DNA from: an uncultured Actinomycetes bacterium | GTDB taxonomy: Bacteria; Actinomycetota; Thermoleophilia; Gaiellales; Gaiellaceae | Direction: 5' to 3' | Assembly (NCBI GenBank): GCA_963839425.1 | Contig: CAWIUX010000005.1 | Location: 258,991-322,990, forward strand | DNA: 64,000 nucleotides | Shown: positions 44,441 through 53,806 of the stretch, in pieces | How the letters are laid out: each line of letters starts with the position of its first letter | How positions within the stretch are numbered: the stretch's first letter is position 1 | The notes under the pieces: generated by a model | The model's input: the letters and a program-made list of their open reading frames with translations, nothing else | Database searches by the model: none | What the model was told of the DNA's origin: nothing | Made by a program: the position numbers and the translations under genes

Positions 44441-46289
44441 GAGCGGCGGTTTCGCGGCTCGTCGCTGACGACGCGGTCGACGCGGCCGCGTCGGAGGAAG
44501 AGCCGGCTCACGCCGAGCGTGATCCCGGAGACCACCCACAGCGGCAGCGCGAGCACCAGGGGCAGGAACATCGAGGCGATCACGTCGGTCGGCAGGCGCA
44601 GGAGCGGCTCTTCGCCATCGTCCCGAAGTAGGCGCCGACGACGAGGAGCGGCACGCCGATGGCGAGGGCGACCCTGCGCGCGGGCCACTCCGCCCGGAGC
44701 GCGTCCGACAGCGCCTCCCACTGCCACGCGACGAGCGCCGTTCCCGCCGTGAGCACGGCGAGCACCGCGACGTACGGCGCCCAGCGGACACCGACCCGGA
44801 GCGCGAGTGGCTTCAGGAACTTCAGCCGCGCCGCCTCGAGGGAGCGCAGGTAGTACGGCGAGCGCTCCGGGTCCCCGATAGCGTCTCGAAGACGGCCGAA
44901 CGCCCAACGCGAGGCGCCGGGCGCGAGCGCGTTTTGCTGCAAGGCGCCGATGCCATCGGCGTGCTCCACCTCGAACGCTGTCAGCTTGTAGCCGTCCAGC
45001 ATCAGCGAGTGCGCCTCGATCTCGCTGAAGCTGTCGAGATCGGTCCGGACGTGCGCCAGCGCCTCCTGCACCGCGAGCGCGACGCCGAAGGCGACGCAGT
45101 CGACCGCGGGTGGGTCGGCCGGATACGGGGACGCGTCGGAGACGGGGACGCCTTTGCGCCGCAGCGGCTTCTCGACCACGTTCTCGAGCCCCTTGCGCAG
45201 GTGCATCAGCGCCGTCGAGCGGGCGCACGACGCGGACGAGCTGTTCGTCGCGGATCCGGTCGCCGTAGATCGAGCTCGAGCGCAGACCGACGGCGGGGAT
45301 GCGCGTCGGGGGCTTCTCGAGGTCAGGCATCTGCCCCGAGGCGTCGCTCACGAGCGCGTGCGAGCAGTCGGTGTCGAAGAGCGCCTGCACGCCCTGGTTG
45401 TCGTGGACGCCGCCGTCGACGAGCTCGACGACGATCCCGTCGTAGAGGTCGTGGATCGCGAGCGGGTGGAACAGCATCGGGACGCACGCGGACGCGGCGA
45501 CGGCGAGCCCGAGCGGGAAGTCCCGCTGACGCTCGACGATCGCCTCGTGATCGGGCTGCGGGCCGAAGTACCCTGCTCGAGGCGGCGGTTCTTGTCCACG
45601 TCGACGCAGCACCTGACGCGCATGCAGGCTCGCCGGCAGCGGCTCGCCCATCCGCACCGCCTCAAAGCGCCAGTTGTGGCCGGTGTTGAGCGTGGTCGCG
45701 TTGACGATCAGGATCGGCACCTTGGCGCAGCGGGAGCCGTTGCCCTCGTCGGGCCGGAAGCCGTCGCCGTCGCCGGCGGGCTTGATCAGCAGCTCGCGCA
45801 GCTCCACCTGTCTCTTGACGCCGAACCGCTTGCGCGGGCGCTCGTACTGCGCCTCGACGCAGCCGTCGGCATCGCGCTCCCAAGCAGGCTGGTAGAGCAG
45901 GCGGTCGTACAGGTCGCCGATCCGGTCGCTGCGCGAGTAGGCGGGGCCGGCCATCCGGACGTTCTTGAAGAGGTTCGCGAACGCGCGCGCGCGCACGTTC
46001 TTGCGCGTTGCCGCGAAGAAGTCGCGCTCGAGCCGCGGACGATCTCGACGTAGTCCGCGTTCGTGATTTCCGCGTCCGTCTTCCGCTCCAAGAGCTTCTT
46101 GACGTGGATGTAGTAGAGCGCACCGACGATCGAGCCGCCCGAGACGGTGGAGATCACCTCGACGCGCGGCAGGATGCCGGTCTCGGCGAGCCGCGCGAGG
46201 ACGCCAATGTGGAAGAAGGACGCGCGAAAGCCGCCGCCGGAGAGGGCGAGGCCGACCTTTGGCTCGGGGACTGCTGCGGACTCGCTCAC
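44437..46289 (-). pseudogene. Patatin-like phospholipase with a C-terminal transmembrane extension (at least 3 frame switches)
   Basis: GLALSGGGFRASFFHIG oxyanion motif, TVSGGS nucleophile motif and DGGVHDNQG Asp motif. C-terminal hydrophobic helices (YVAVLAVLTAGTALVAW, ALAIGVPLLVVGAYF, MFLPLVLALPLWVVSGI). GTG start with a GGAGG RBS. Confidence 0.75.
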
Positions 46290-46437
46290 GGAAACCTCCG
46301 TCTGAGGCGCGGGCCGCAGAGCCGACGCGGGAACGGCGACATCGTCGCCGACGGCTCAGCGAATTACAAGCGCCTCAGTCGCGCCAGCGGCGCCGCCTCG
46401 GCCGCGTCTCCGCGCCCTCGCCGAGCGAGCCGCCTCG

Positions 46438-46757
46438 GGGATGATCCGCGTCGAGAAGGACGCGCAGAAGACGAACGCCTACCAGGAGAACCGCAGCCTG
46501 CTGCTCTCGAAGACCGCCCACGCCGACTCGATCCCGGGCCTCGAGATCCTGGCCAACGACGTCCGCTGCACCCACGGCGCGACGCTCGGCCAGGTCGACC
46601 GCGAGCAGCTCTTCTACCTGATGGCGCGCGGCCTGCCGCGCAGCGAGGCCGAGCGCCTGATCGTGCGCGGCTTCTTCCAGGACGTGCTCGACCGGATCGA
46701 GCTGGTGCCGGTGCGGGAAGCGCTCGGCGCCGCGCTCGAAGCGCGCATTCCGCAGGC
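46438..46757 (+). repeat. Direct repeat copy B (orphan sufD 3' fragment)
   Basis: See copy A. The offset between copies is 2324 bp. Confidence 0.9.
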
Positions 46758-46761
46758 GTAG
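46441..46761 (+). pseudogene. Orphan 3' fragment of sufD (last 106 codons)
   Basis: Encodes MIRVEKDAQKTNAYQENRS...ALEARIPQA*, identical in protein to the SufD C-terminus except for the last residue. Confidence 0.8.
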
Positions 46762-46765
46762 CCGC

Positions 46766-47143
46766 CTACGCCTGCGGGCGGAGCCCGACGAGTGCCGCGA
46801 CGGCCTCCTCGAGCTCGGTGCAGACCTCGTCCGCGACGTACACCGTCCACGGGTGCGGCGGTGTGCCGCCCGTGTAGGCGACGACGAGCTTCCCGCGCTC
46901 GTGCGCGTACCAGGCCTCCATCGCCGTCCCCTCGTCCGGCGCGGTGAACGACGCGAGCACGGCGTCGCAGGAGTCGATCTCGACGAGGTCGGCCTCGACG
47001 ATCTCGGCCTCGTGGCCCACCGTCTGGCCGCGGAAGTCCCGCCGCATCGGGTCGACGGGCTCCAGTCCGCTCTCCCGGAGCAGCGCCTCGCGCCGGCGGT
47101 ACTCGTCGGCGTAGGGCGGCCCGGCGAGGTAGACGCGCCTCAT
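46766..47143 (-). CDS. Nucleoside 2-deoxyribosyltransferase-like / dNMP N-glycosidase-like small Rossmann protein
   Basis: 126 aa. VYLAGPPY N-terminal motif and DEGTAMEAWYA catalytic-Glu motif. Confidence 0.6.
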   Translation of the reverse strand: MRRVYLAGPPYADEYRRREALLRESGLEPVDPMRRDFRGQTVGHEAEIVEADLVEIDSCDAVLASFTAPDEGTAMEAWYAHERGKLVVAYTGGTPPHPWTVYVADEVCTELEEAVAALVGLRPQA

Positions 47144-47164
47144 GAGGGCGTACAGTACGGCTAG

Positions 47165-47539
47165 AGCAAGGAGCCGCCGGAGTTCGTCGCGCTCGGCCAC
47201 GCCGGCTCGGAGCACTACGCCGGGCTGGAGACGTTCCCCAACCCGGGTGTCGTGCACGTGGAGATGACGAGCGACGAGCTCGCGGCGATCTGCCCGGTCA
47301 CCGGCCAGCCGGACCTCTACGTCGCGACGATCGAGTACGAGCCGCAGGATCTCTGCCTCGAGTCGAAGTCGCTGAAGCTGTACCTGGCCACGTTCCGGAA
47401 CGACGGGCACTTCTGCGAGGCGCTCGCCGTCAGGATCCGCGACGACGTCGCCGCGGCGCTCGGGCTGGGGCCGGAGCGGTCAGCGTGGACGCTCGAGCAG
47501 AAGGCCCGCGGCGGGATCACGATCGTCGCCACGGCGTAG
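47165..47539 (+). CDS. queF: NADPH-dependent 7-cyano-7-deazaguanine (preQ0) reductase QueF, type I; no canonical start for the conserved N-terminus
   Basis: LETFPNP...CPVTGQPD...ESKSLKLYL...FRN.GHFCE motifs. An in-frame stop lies at 47162. The first ATG/GTG/TTG is GTG 47252, downstream of the conserved N-terminal residues. Confidence 0.75.
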   Translation, partial: SKEPPEFVALGHAGSEHYAGLETFPNPGVVHVEMTSDELAAICPVTGQPDLYVATIEYEPQDLCLESKSLKLYLATFRNDGHFCEALAVRIRDDVAAALGLGPERSAWTLEQKARGGITIVATA

Positions 47540-47571
47540 CCTCCGGTACGACGTATGGTATGATGTATGGC

Positions 47572-47798
47572 ATGGTCAAGACGACCGTGTATCTCCCGGA
47601 AGAGCTGAAGGCGCGAGTCGAGCGCGCGGCGGCGGCTCAGGGGACGTCGGAGGCCGAGGTGATCCGCTCCGCGATCGAGCAGTTCACGGCGCCCGCCAGC
47701 ATCCCCGGCCTCGCCTTCCGCTCTTCGACACCCTTGGGGATCCCGGCCTCTCCGAGCGCGTCGATGAAGCTCTGGCAGAGGGCTTCGGCCGGGATTGA
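47572..47798 (+). pseudogene. vapB: Ribbon-helix-helix (CopG/VapB-type) antitoxin, frame switch near 47700
   Basis: MVKTTVYLPEELKARVERAAAAQGTSEAEVIRSAIEQF. The tail RPRLPLFDTLGDPGLSERVDEALAEGFGRD* is recovered in another frame. Confidence 0.7.
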
Positions 47799-48215
47799 CG
47801 CTCGTCCTCGACACGAGCGGGCTGTGCAGCATTGACCTTCGATGAACCTGCGCATGCTGCGGCGCGCGATGCCCTCGCGTCGGCGCCGGGGCCGCTGCTC
47901 CTTCGCCCTTCGTGCTCGCCGAGCTCGACTACCTGCTGCTCACGTCCCACCGCGGCGTGACCGCAGAGTCGAGTTTCTCGAGGAGGTCGCCGGCGGCAGC
48001 TACGAGCTTGCGACGTTCTCGGCGGCGATGTCGCTGCCGCCCGCGGTGTCGTCGACAGCTACCGCGATCTCGGCATCGGCCTCGCGGACGCCTCGATCGT
48101 CGTCCTCGCCGAGCGATACGGCACGCGCCGGATTCTGACGCTCGACGAGCGGCACTTCCGCGCGCTGCGCGCTTCCGACGGGAGCGCCTTCGTCCTGCTC
48201 CCGGCCGACGCGTAG
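47795..48215 (+). pseudogene. vapC: PIN-domain toxin VapC, at least 3 frame switches
   Basis: The TTG start overlaps the vapB stop (TTGA). Pieces LTLVLDTSGL, VLAELDYLL, FLEEVAGGSYELATFSAA and GLADASIVVLAERYGTRRILTLDERHFRAL lie in different frames. Confidence 0.7.
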
Positions 48216-48218
48216 ACG

Positions 48219-49889
48219 TTACGCGCGCACGAGCGGCTTGTACCTGATCCGATGGGGCTCCAGGGCCTCCGGGCCCCGGGTCTCCTTCACCCACTCGGCG
48301 TACTCCGCATACGACCCCTCGAACCACGTCGCCTGCGAGTCGCCCTCGAAGGCGAGCATGTGGGTCGCGATCCGGTCGAGGAACCAGCGGTCGTGTGAGA
48401 TCACGACGGCGCAGCCGGCGAAGTCGAGCAGCCCGTCCTCGAGCGCGCGCAGCGTGTCCACGTCGAGGTCGTTCGTCGGCTCGTCGAGCAGCAGCAGGTT
48501 GCCGCCGCTCCGCAGCACCTTCGCGAGGTGGACGCGGTTGCGCTCGCCGCCGGAGAGATCCTTGACGCGCTTCTGCTGGTCGGGGCCGCGGAAGTTGAAC
48601 CAGGAGACGTACTGGCGCGAGTTGAGCTCCCGCTGGCCGAGCTCGATCGTGTCGAGGCCGCCGGAGATCTCCTTCCAGACGGTGCTCGCGGGGTCGAGCG
48701 ACTCGCGGCTCTGGTCGACGTAGGCGAGCTGGACGGTGTCGCCGACGCGGAGCACGCCTGCGTCGGGCTGCTCCTCGCCCGCGATCAGGCGGAAGAGGGT
48801 CGTCTTGCCGGCGCCGTTCGCGCCGATCACGCCGATGATCCCGTTCGGCGGCAGCGAGAACGTCAGGTCCTCGAACAGAAGGCGGTCGCCGAAGCCCTTC
48901 GCGAGGCCCTCGGCCTCGACCACGACGTCGCCGAGCCGCGGGCCGGGCGGGATGTGGAGCTCGACCTTGTCGAGCCTCACGTTGGCCTCTGCGGCCAGCA
49001 TGCGCTCGTAGGCGCCGAGCCGGGCCTTCGATTTGTCGTGGCGGGCCTTCGGGCTCATCCGCACCCACTCGAGCTCGCGCGCGAGCGTGCGCCGGTGCGC
49101 CGACTCCTGCTTCTCCTCGACTGCGAGCCGGGCCTGCTTCTGCTCGAGCCACGACGAGTAGTTGCCCTGGTACGGGATCCCCTTGCCGCGGTCGAGCTCG
49201 AGGATCCAGCCGGCGACGTTGTCGAGGAAGTAGCGGTCGTGCGTGACGGCGACGACGGTGCCCTTGTACGCCTCGAGGAAGCGCTCGAGCCAGGCGACCG
49301 ACTCCGCGTCGAGGTGGTTCGTCGGCTCGTCGAGCAGGAGCAGGTCGGGGGAGGAGAGGAGCTGCCGGCAGAGCGCGACGCGCCGCCGCTCGCCGCCCGA
49401 GAGCGTCGTCACGTCCCGGTCGCCGTCGGGGACGCGCAGGGCGTCCATCGCCCGGTCGAGGGTCGCGTCGAGGCTCCAGGCGTCGTGCCGGTCGATCTGC
49501 TCCTGCACCTTGCCCTGCTCGGCGAGGAGCGCGTCGAAGTCGGCGTCGGGCTCGGCGAACGCGGTGGAGATCGCGTTGAAGCGGTCGAGCAGGTCGCGCA
49601 GCGGCCGCACGCCGTCCTCGACGTTGCCGCGCACGTCCTTGCCGGGGTCGAGCTCGGGCTCCTGCGGCAGGAAGCCGACCGACGCGCCGGGGGCGAGCTC
49701 GGCGATCCCGCTCGAGGGCTCCTCGAGCCCGGCCATGATCCGCAGCAGCGTCGACTTGCCGGCGCCGTTCGGCCCGAGCACGCCGATCTTCGCGCCCGGC
49801 AGGAACGAGAGCGAGATGTTCGCGAGCACCTGCCGGTCCGAGCCGTAGAACTTGTCGGCCCGGTACATCGTGAACACGTAGTCGCTCAC
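48219..49889 (-). CDS. ettA: ABC-F ATPase, energy-dependent translational throttle EttA
   Basis: 556 aa from GTG 49889. Two ABC cassettes (GPNGAGKST / GANGAGKTT; LSGGERRR / LSGGERNR). N-terminus is YVFTMYRADKFYG. Confidence 0.9.
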   Translation of the reverse strand: MSDYVFTMYRADKFYGSDRQVLANISLSFLPGAKIGVLGPNGAGKSTLLRIMAGLEEPSSGIAELAPGASVGFLPQEPELDPGKDVRGNVEDGVRPLRDLLDRFNAISTAFAEPDADFDALLAEQGKVQEQIDRHDAWSLDATLDRAMDALRVPDGDRDVTTLSGGERRRVALCRQLLSSPDLLLLDEPTNHLDAESVAWLERFLEAYKGTVVAVTHDRYFLDNVAGWILELDRGKGIPYQGNYSSWLEQKQARLAVEEKQESAHRRTLARELEWVRMSPKARHDKSKARLGAYERMLAAEANVRLDKVELHIPPGPRLGDVVVEAEGLAKGFGDRLLFEDLTFSLPPNGIIGVIGANGAGKTTLFRLIAGEEQPDAGVLRVGDTVQLAYVDQSRESLDPASTVWKEISGGLDTIELGQRELNSRQYVSWFNFRGPDQQKRVKDLSGGERNRVHLAKVLRSGGNLLLLDEPTNDLDVDTLRALEDGLLDFAGCAVVISHDRWFLDRIATHMLAFEGDSQATWFEGSYAEYAEWVKETRGPEALEPHRIRYKPLVRA

Positions 49890-49965
49890 GCGCGGGCCGA
49901 GGAGGTCGATACAGGGCGTCTCACGGCCCCGACGATAGCGGCGGGCTTGACCCCGCGGCCGGACG

Positions 49966-50628
49966 GTGCGACCGTGGCGGGCGATGGGTAACTGCTGCGC
50001 CCGGCACGGGCAGGACGAGTTCTTCAGTGACCGCTTCGCGCGGCGGACCGCGCGGCGGTATCGGCGCAAGGGGCTCGACAAGACATCCACGCTGCTCGTC
50101 GAGCGCGCGTCGGCGGGCGGCCTCGACGGGGCGACAGTGGTCGAGATCGGCGGCGGCATCGGTCAGGTCATGCTCGAGCTGCTGAAGGCGGGCGCGGCGC
50201 GGGGTGAGGTGGTCGAGCTGCTTCCCTCCTACGAAAAGCACGCCCGCGCGCTGGCCGAGGAGGCCGGCGTCGCCGAGCGGGCGTCCTTTCGCACCGCCGA
50301 CCTCGTCGCCGACCCCGCCGCCGGCGGGCCCGCCGATGTCGTCGTCCTCAACCGGGTCGTCTGCTGCACCCCCGACGGCGTCGAGCTGGCGGGGATCGCC
50401 GCCTCGCTCGCCCGTCGCACGCTCGTCCTCAGCTTCCCTCGGGACGCTCCCTGGGTGCGCGCCGTCTTCGCTTTCCTCAACGTCTTCCTGAAGCTGCGCC
50501 GCCGCCGCTTCCGCGTCTTCGTGCACCAGCCGGAAGCGTTCCGCCGGGCCGCGGAGGAGCATGGCCTGCGCCTCGCCTTCGAGCACCGCGGCCGCATCTG
50601 GCAGGTCGCGGCCTTCGAGCGGGCGTAA
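49966..50628 (+). CDS. Class I SAM-dependent methyltransferase
   Basis: Motif I VVEIGGGIG and post-I acidic VVELL. The start may be ATG 49984. Confidence 0.65.
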   Translation: MRPWRAMGNCCARHGQDEFFSDRFARRTARRYRRKGLDKTSTLLVERASAGGLDGATVVEIGGGIGQVMLELLKAGAARGEVVELLPSYEKHARALAEEAGVAERASFRTADLVADPAAGGPADVVVLNRVVCCTPDGVELAGIAASLARRTLVLSFPRDAPWVRAVFAFLNVFLKLRRRRFRVFVHQPEAFRRAAEEHGLRLAFEHRGRIWQVAAFERA

Positions 50629-50637
50629 CCTTCCAGC

Positions 50638-51255
50638 GTGAGCGAGCTTGGGCTCTTCCCTCTGGGGATCGTGCTGCTGCCGACCGAGCAGGTGCCGCTG
50701 CACGTCTTCGAGCCTCGCTACAAGGAGCTCGTCGGCGAATGCCTGGCCGAGGGGCGCGAGCTCGGCATCGTGCTCGCCGACGACGACGGCCTGCGCGCGG
50801 TCGGCACGCGCGCGGCCGTGACCGAGGTGCTGCACACGTTCGAGGACGGCCGCCTGAACGTCGTGGTCGAGGGGCGCGAGCGCTTCCGGCTCGTCTCGCT
50901 TACGGAAGGGCGCTCGTTCCAGACGGGCGAGGTCGAGCCGGTCGCCGACGAGCCGGACCCCGCGGCGGCAGCCGACGTCGAGCGGGCGCTCGATCTCTTC
51001 CGCCAGCTCGCGGAGCTGACAGAGACCGAGATCGACGACCCGGCGCCGGGCTCGGAGCAGCTCTCGTTCGAGCTGGCGGCACGCGTCGCGCTGGCGCCGG
51101 ATCTGAAGCAGGAGCTGCTCGAGGGGATCTCCGAGCGTGCTCGCCTGAAGCGGCTGTGCGAGCTCCTCGGGCGGGCCGCCGATGCCGTGCAGCTCGAGCG
51201 TGCCGTCGCGGAGCGCGCTTCGAGCAACGGCAAGGTCGACCCCCGCAGCGCGTGA
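50638..51255 (+). CDS. LON peptidase N-terminal (substrate-binding) domain protein
   Basis: LFPLGIVLLPTEQVPLHVFEPRYKELV is typical of stand-alone LON-N domain proteins. Confidence 0.8.
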   Translation: MSELGLFPLGIVLLPTEQVPLHVFEPRYKELVGECLAEGRELGIVLADDDGLRAVGTRAAVTEVLHTFEDGRLNVVVEGRERFRLVSLTEGRSFQTGEVEPVADEPDPAAAADVERALDLFRQLAELTETEIDDPAPGSEQLSFELAARVALAPDLKQELLEGISERARLKRLCELLGRAADAVQLERAVAERASSNGKVDPRSA

Positions 51256-51430
51256 GCCGCCCTGTGTCAACCTCCTCGGCCCGCGCGTTCCTCGGGCGCT
51301 GCTCGCGGTGCCGGGCCGGAGGGGACAGTACGGGGAGTACGGACCCGGAGAGACCGGTGCCGCGAGCGGCGTCAGGCGGTGGCGGAGCCGGGCTCCGCCC
51401 GGCGGGAGCCGGCGCCGGCGAGGGGCGCGC

Positions 51431-53764
51431 GTGAGCGCGCGTCCGGGGCTGAGCGAGGCCGAGGCCGCCCGCCGGCTCGAGGCGCGTGGCCCCGTCGAGC
51501 CGCCCGCGTCGAGCCGCTCGACCGGCTCGATCGTCCGCGCGAACGTCTTCACAGTCTTCAACGTCATCCTGCTCGCACTCGGCGGGCTGACGCTCGCGTT
51601 CGGCGACTGGCGCGACGCGCTCTTCCTCGGCATCGTCGTCTCGAACGCCGGGATCGGGATCACGCAGGAGCTGCGCGCGAAGCGGGCGCTCGACCGGCTG
51701 GCGGCCCTCGTCGCGCCGCATGGGCGCGTCGTCCGGGACGGCAAGGAGCGGCTGCTCCACGTCGAGGAGCTCGTGCCCGGCGATCTCATCCGGCTGCAGC
51801 CCGGTGATCAGATCGTCGCCGACGGCCCGCTCGTCTCGGCGACGGCGCTGGCGCTCGACGAGTCCATCCTCACCGGCGAGTCGCGGGCGGTCGTGCGCGG
51901 GGAGGGCGAGGAGGTACGGTCGGGCTCGTTCGCGGTCGAGGGCGACGGGCTGTACGAGGTCGCGGCGGTCGGCGCCGACAGCTACGCCGAGAAGGTCGCG
52001 GGCGAGGCGCGCGAGTTCCGGCATCCGCGCTCGCCGCTCGAGCGGGCGCTGAACCGGCTTCTCTTCGTCCTCGTCGGCGTGATGGTGCCGCTCGGCGGCG
52101 TGCTCGTCTTCGCCCTCTGGGAGCGCGACGAGGGCGTGCGGGAGTCGGTCACGACCGCCGTCGCCGGCATCGTCACGCTCGTCCCGGAGGGCCTGATCCT
52201 GCTCGCTTCGCTCACGTATGCGGCGGCCGCGCTGCAGCTGGCGCGCCGCGGCGCGCTCGCCCAGCAACTGAACGCGATCGAGTCGCTCGCCTCGGTGGAC
52301 GTCCTCTGTCTCGACAAGACGGGCACGCTCACCGACGCGAGCCTGCGCGTGCTCTCGCTCGTGCCAGCTGATGGAGCGTCGCCCGACGAGCTTGCAGCCG
52401 CCCTCGGCCGTTACGCAGCGAGCGCGCCGAGCCGGAACCTGACGCTCGAGGCGCTCGCCGACGCGTATCCCGCGGCCGCGGAGGAGCCCGTCGAAACCGT
52501 TCCCTTCTCCTCGCGCACGCGCTGGAGCGCGCTCCGGCTCGGCGATGCGGGCTACGTGCTCGGTGCGCCCGAGCTCTTCCCGCTCGGCCCGCTCGTCGCG
52601 CGGGCTCAGACCGAGCAGCGCGCCGGCCGCCGGGTGCTCGCTCTCGGCACGACGACCCAGGCATTCGACCGCGGGACCGATGGGAGGCCGCCGCCCACCG
52701 TCCCGCTCGGGCTGGCCGTGCTCGCCGAGGAGCTGCGGCCGGAGGCGCGCGAGACGGTCGCGTTCTTCCTCGCCGAAGGCGTCGAGCTCAAGGTCCTGTC
52801 CGGCGACTCGCCGGAGACCGTCGCCTCGATCGCGGCGGACGCCGGGATCCCGCTCGTGGGCCAGGTGCTCGACGGCCGCGAGCTGCCCGAGGACCCCGGC
52901 GAGCTGCGCCGCCTCGTGCTCGGGGCGAGCGTGATCGGGCGGATCGCGCCCGAGGACAAGCGTCGGGTCGTCGAGGCGCTCCGCGACGCCGGCCGTTACG
53001 TCGCCATGGTCGGCGACGGCGTCAACGACGTGCCGGCGCTGAAAGCGGCGCGCCTCGCGATCGCCCTGGGCACGGGCGCGCAGATGGCGAAGTCCGTCGC
53101 CGACGTCGTCCTCGTCAACGGCGAGTTCGGCTCGGTGCCGAAGATGGTCGCCGAGGGTCGCAAGATCCTGCGCAACATCCAGCGCGTGGCGAAGCTCTTC
53201 GTGACGAAGTCGGTCTTCGCCGTCTTCCTCATCCTCTCGATCGGCGTGACGCCGCAGGATTATCCGCTGCTGCCGCGCCACCTGACCCTCGCCGCCTCGC
53301 TCGCGATCGGGATCCCCGCCTTCTTCCTCGCGCTCGCGCCGAGCGACGGGCCCTGGAAGACGGAGCGCTTCCTGCGCGAGATGGCGCGGTTCGCCGTCCC
53401 CGCAGGCGTCGCGGCCGGGCTCGGCGTGCTCGCGGCCTACCTGCTCGCGCTCAACGTCTTCGACCTCGGTCTCGTGGAGGCGCGCACGGTCGCGACGACG
53501 GTGCTGATCGCCGTCGGGCTCTGGCTGATCCTCGCACTCGAGGCGACCGGCAGGAAGCGTAGCGCCGGCGTGGGGATCCTCTGCGGCGCCCTGCTCGCGG
53601 TCTACGGTGTCGTGCTCGCGCTTCCGGGGCTGCGCGGCTTCTTCGAGCTCGCCGTCCCCGGCCTCGGCGCCGTCGCGATAGCGCTGTTTGGGACGGGGCT
53701 CTCAGTCGGCTTCCTCTGGCTGACGGACGACCGCTTCGTGCCGGGGCGGGCCTTGCGGCGCTAG
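51431..53764 (+). CDS. Cation-translocating P-type ATPase (P2/HAD-IC type)
   Basis: TGES, phosphorylation site CLDKTGTLT and GDGVNDVPALKAA. GTG 51431 is chosen before the first TM segment. Confidence 0.85.
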   Translation: MSARPGLSEAEAARRLEARGPVEPPASSRSTGSIVRANVFTVFNVILLALGGLTLAFGDWRDALFLGIVVSNAGIGITQELRAKRALDRLAALVAPHGRVVRDGKERLLHVEELVPGDLIRLQPGDQIVADGPLVSATALALDESILTGESRAVVRGEGEEVRSGSFAVEGDGLYEVAAVGADSYAEKVAGEAREFRHPRSPLERALNRLLFVLVGVMVPLGGVLVFALWERDEGVRESVTTAVAGIVTLVPEGLILLASLTYAAAALQLARRGALAQQLNAIESLASVDVLCLDKTGTLTDASLRVLSLVPADGASPDELAAALGRYAASAPSRNLTLEALADAYPAAAEEPVETVPFSSRTRWSALRLGDAGYVLGAPELFPLGPLVARAQTEQRAGRRVLALGTTTQAFDRGTDGRPPPTVPLGLAVLAEELRPEARETVAFFLAEGVELKVLSGDSPETVASIAADAGIPLVGQVLDGRELPEDPGELRRLVLGASVIGRIAPEDKRRVVEALRDAGRYVAMVGDGVNDVPALKAARLAIALGTGAQMAKSVADVVLVNGEFGSVPKMVAEGRKILRNIQRVAKLFVTKSVFAVFLILSIGVTPQDYPLLPRHLTLAASLAIGIPAFFLALAPSDGPWKTERFLREMARFAVPAGVAAGLGVLAAYLLALNVFDLGLVEARTVATTVLIAVGLWLILALEATGRKRSAGVGILCGALLAVYGVVLALPGLRGFFELAVPGLGAVAIALFGTGLSVGFLWLTDDRFVPGRALRR

Positions 53765-53806
53765 ACGCGAGGCCGCCGCGCGCCTCACGGCGGCTACGAT
53801 GAGCGC

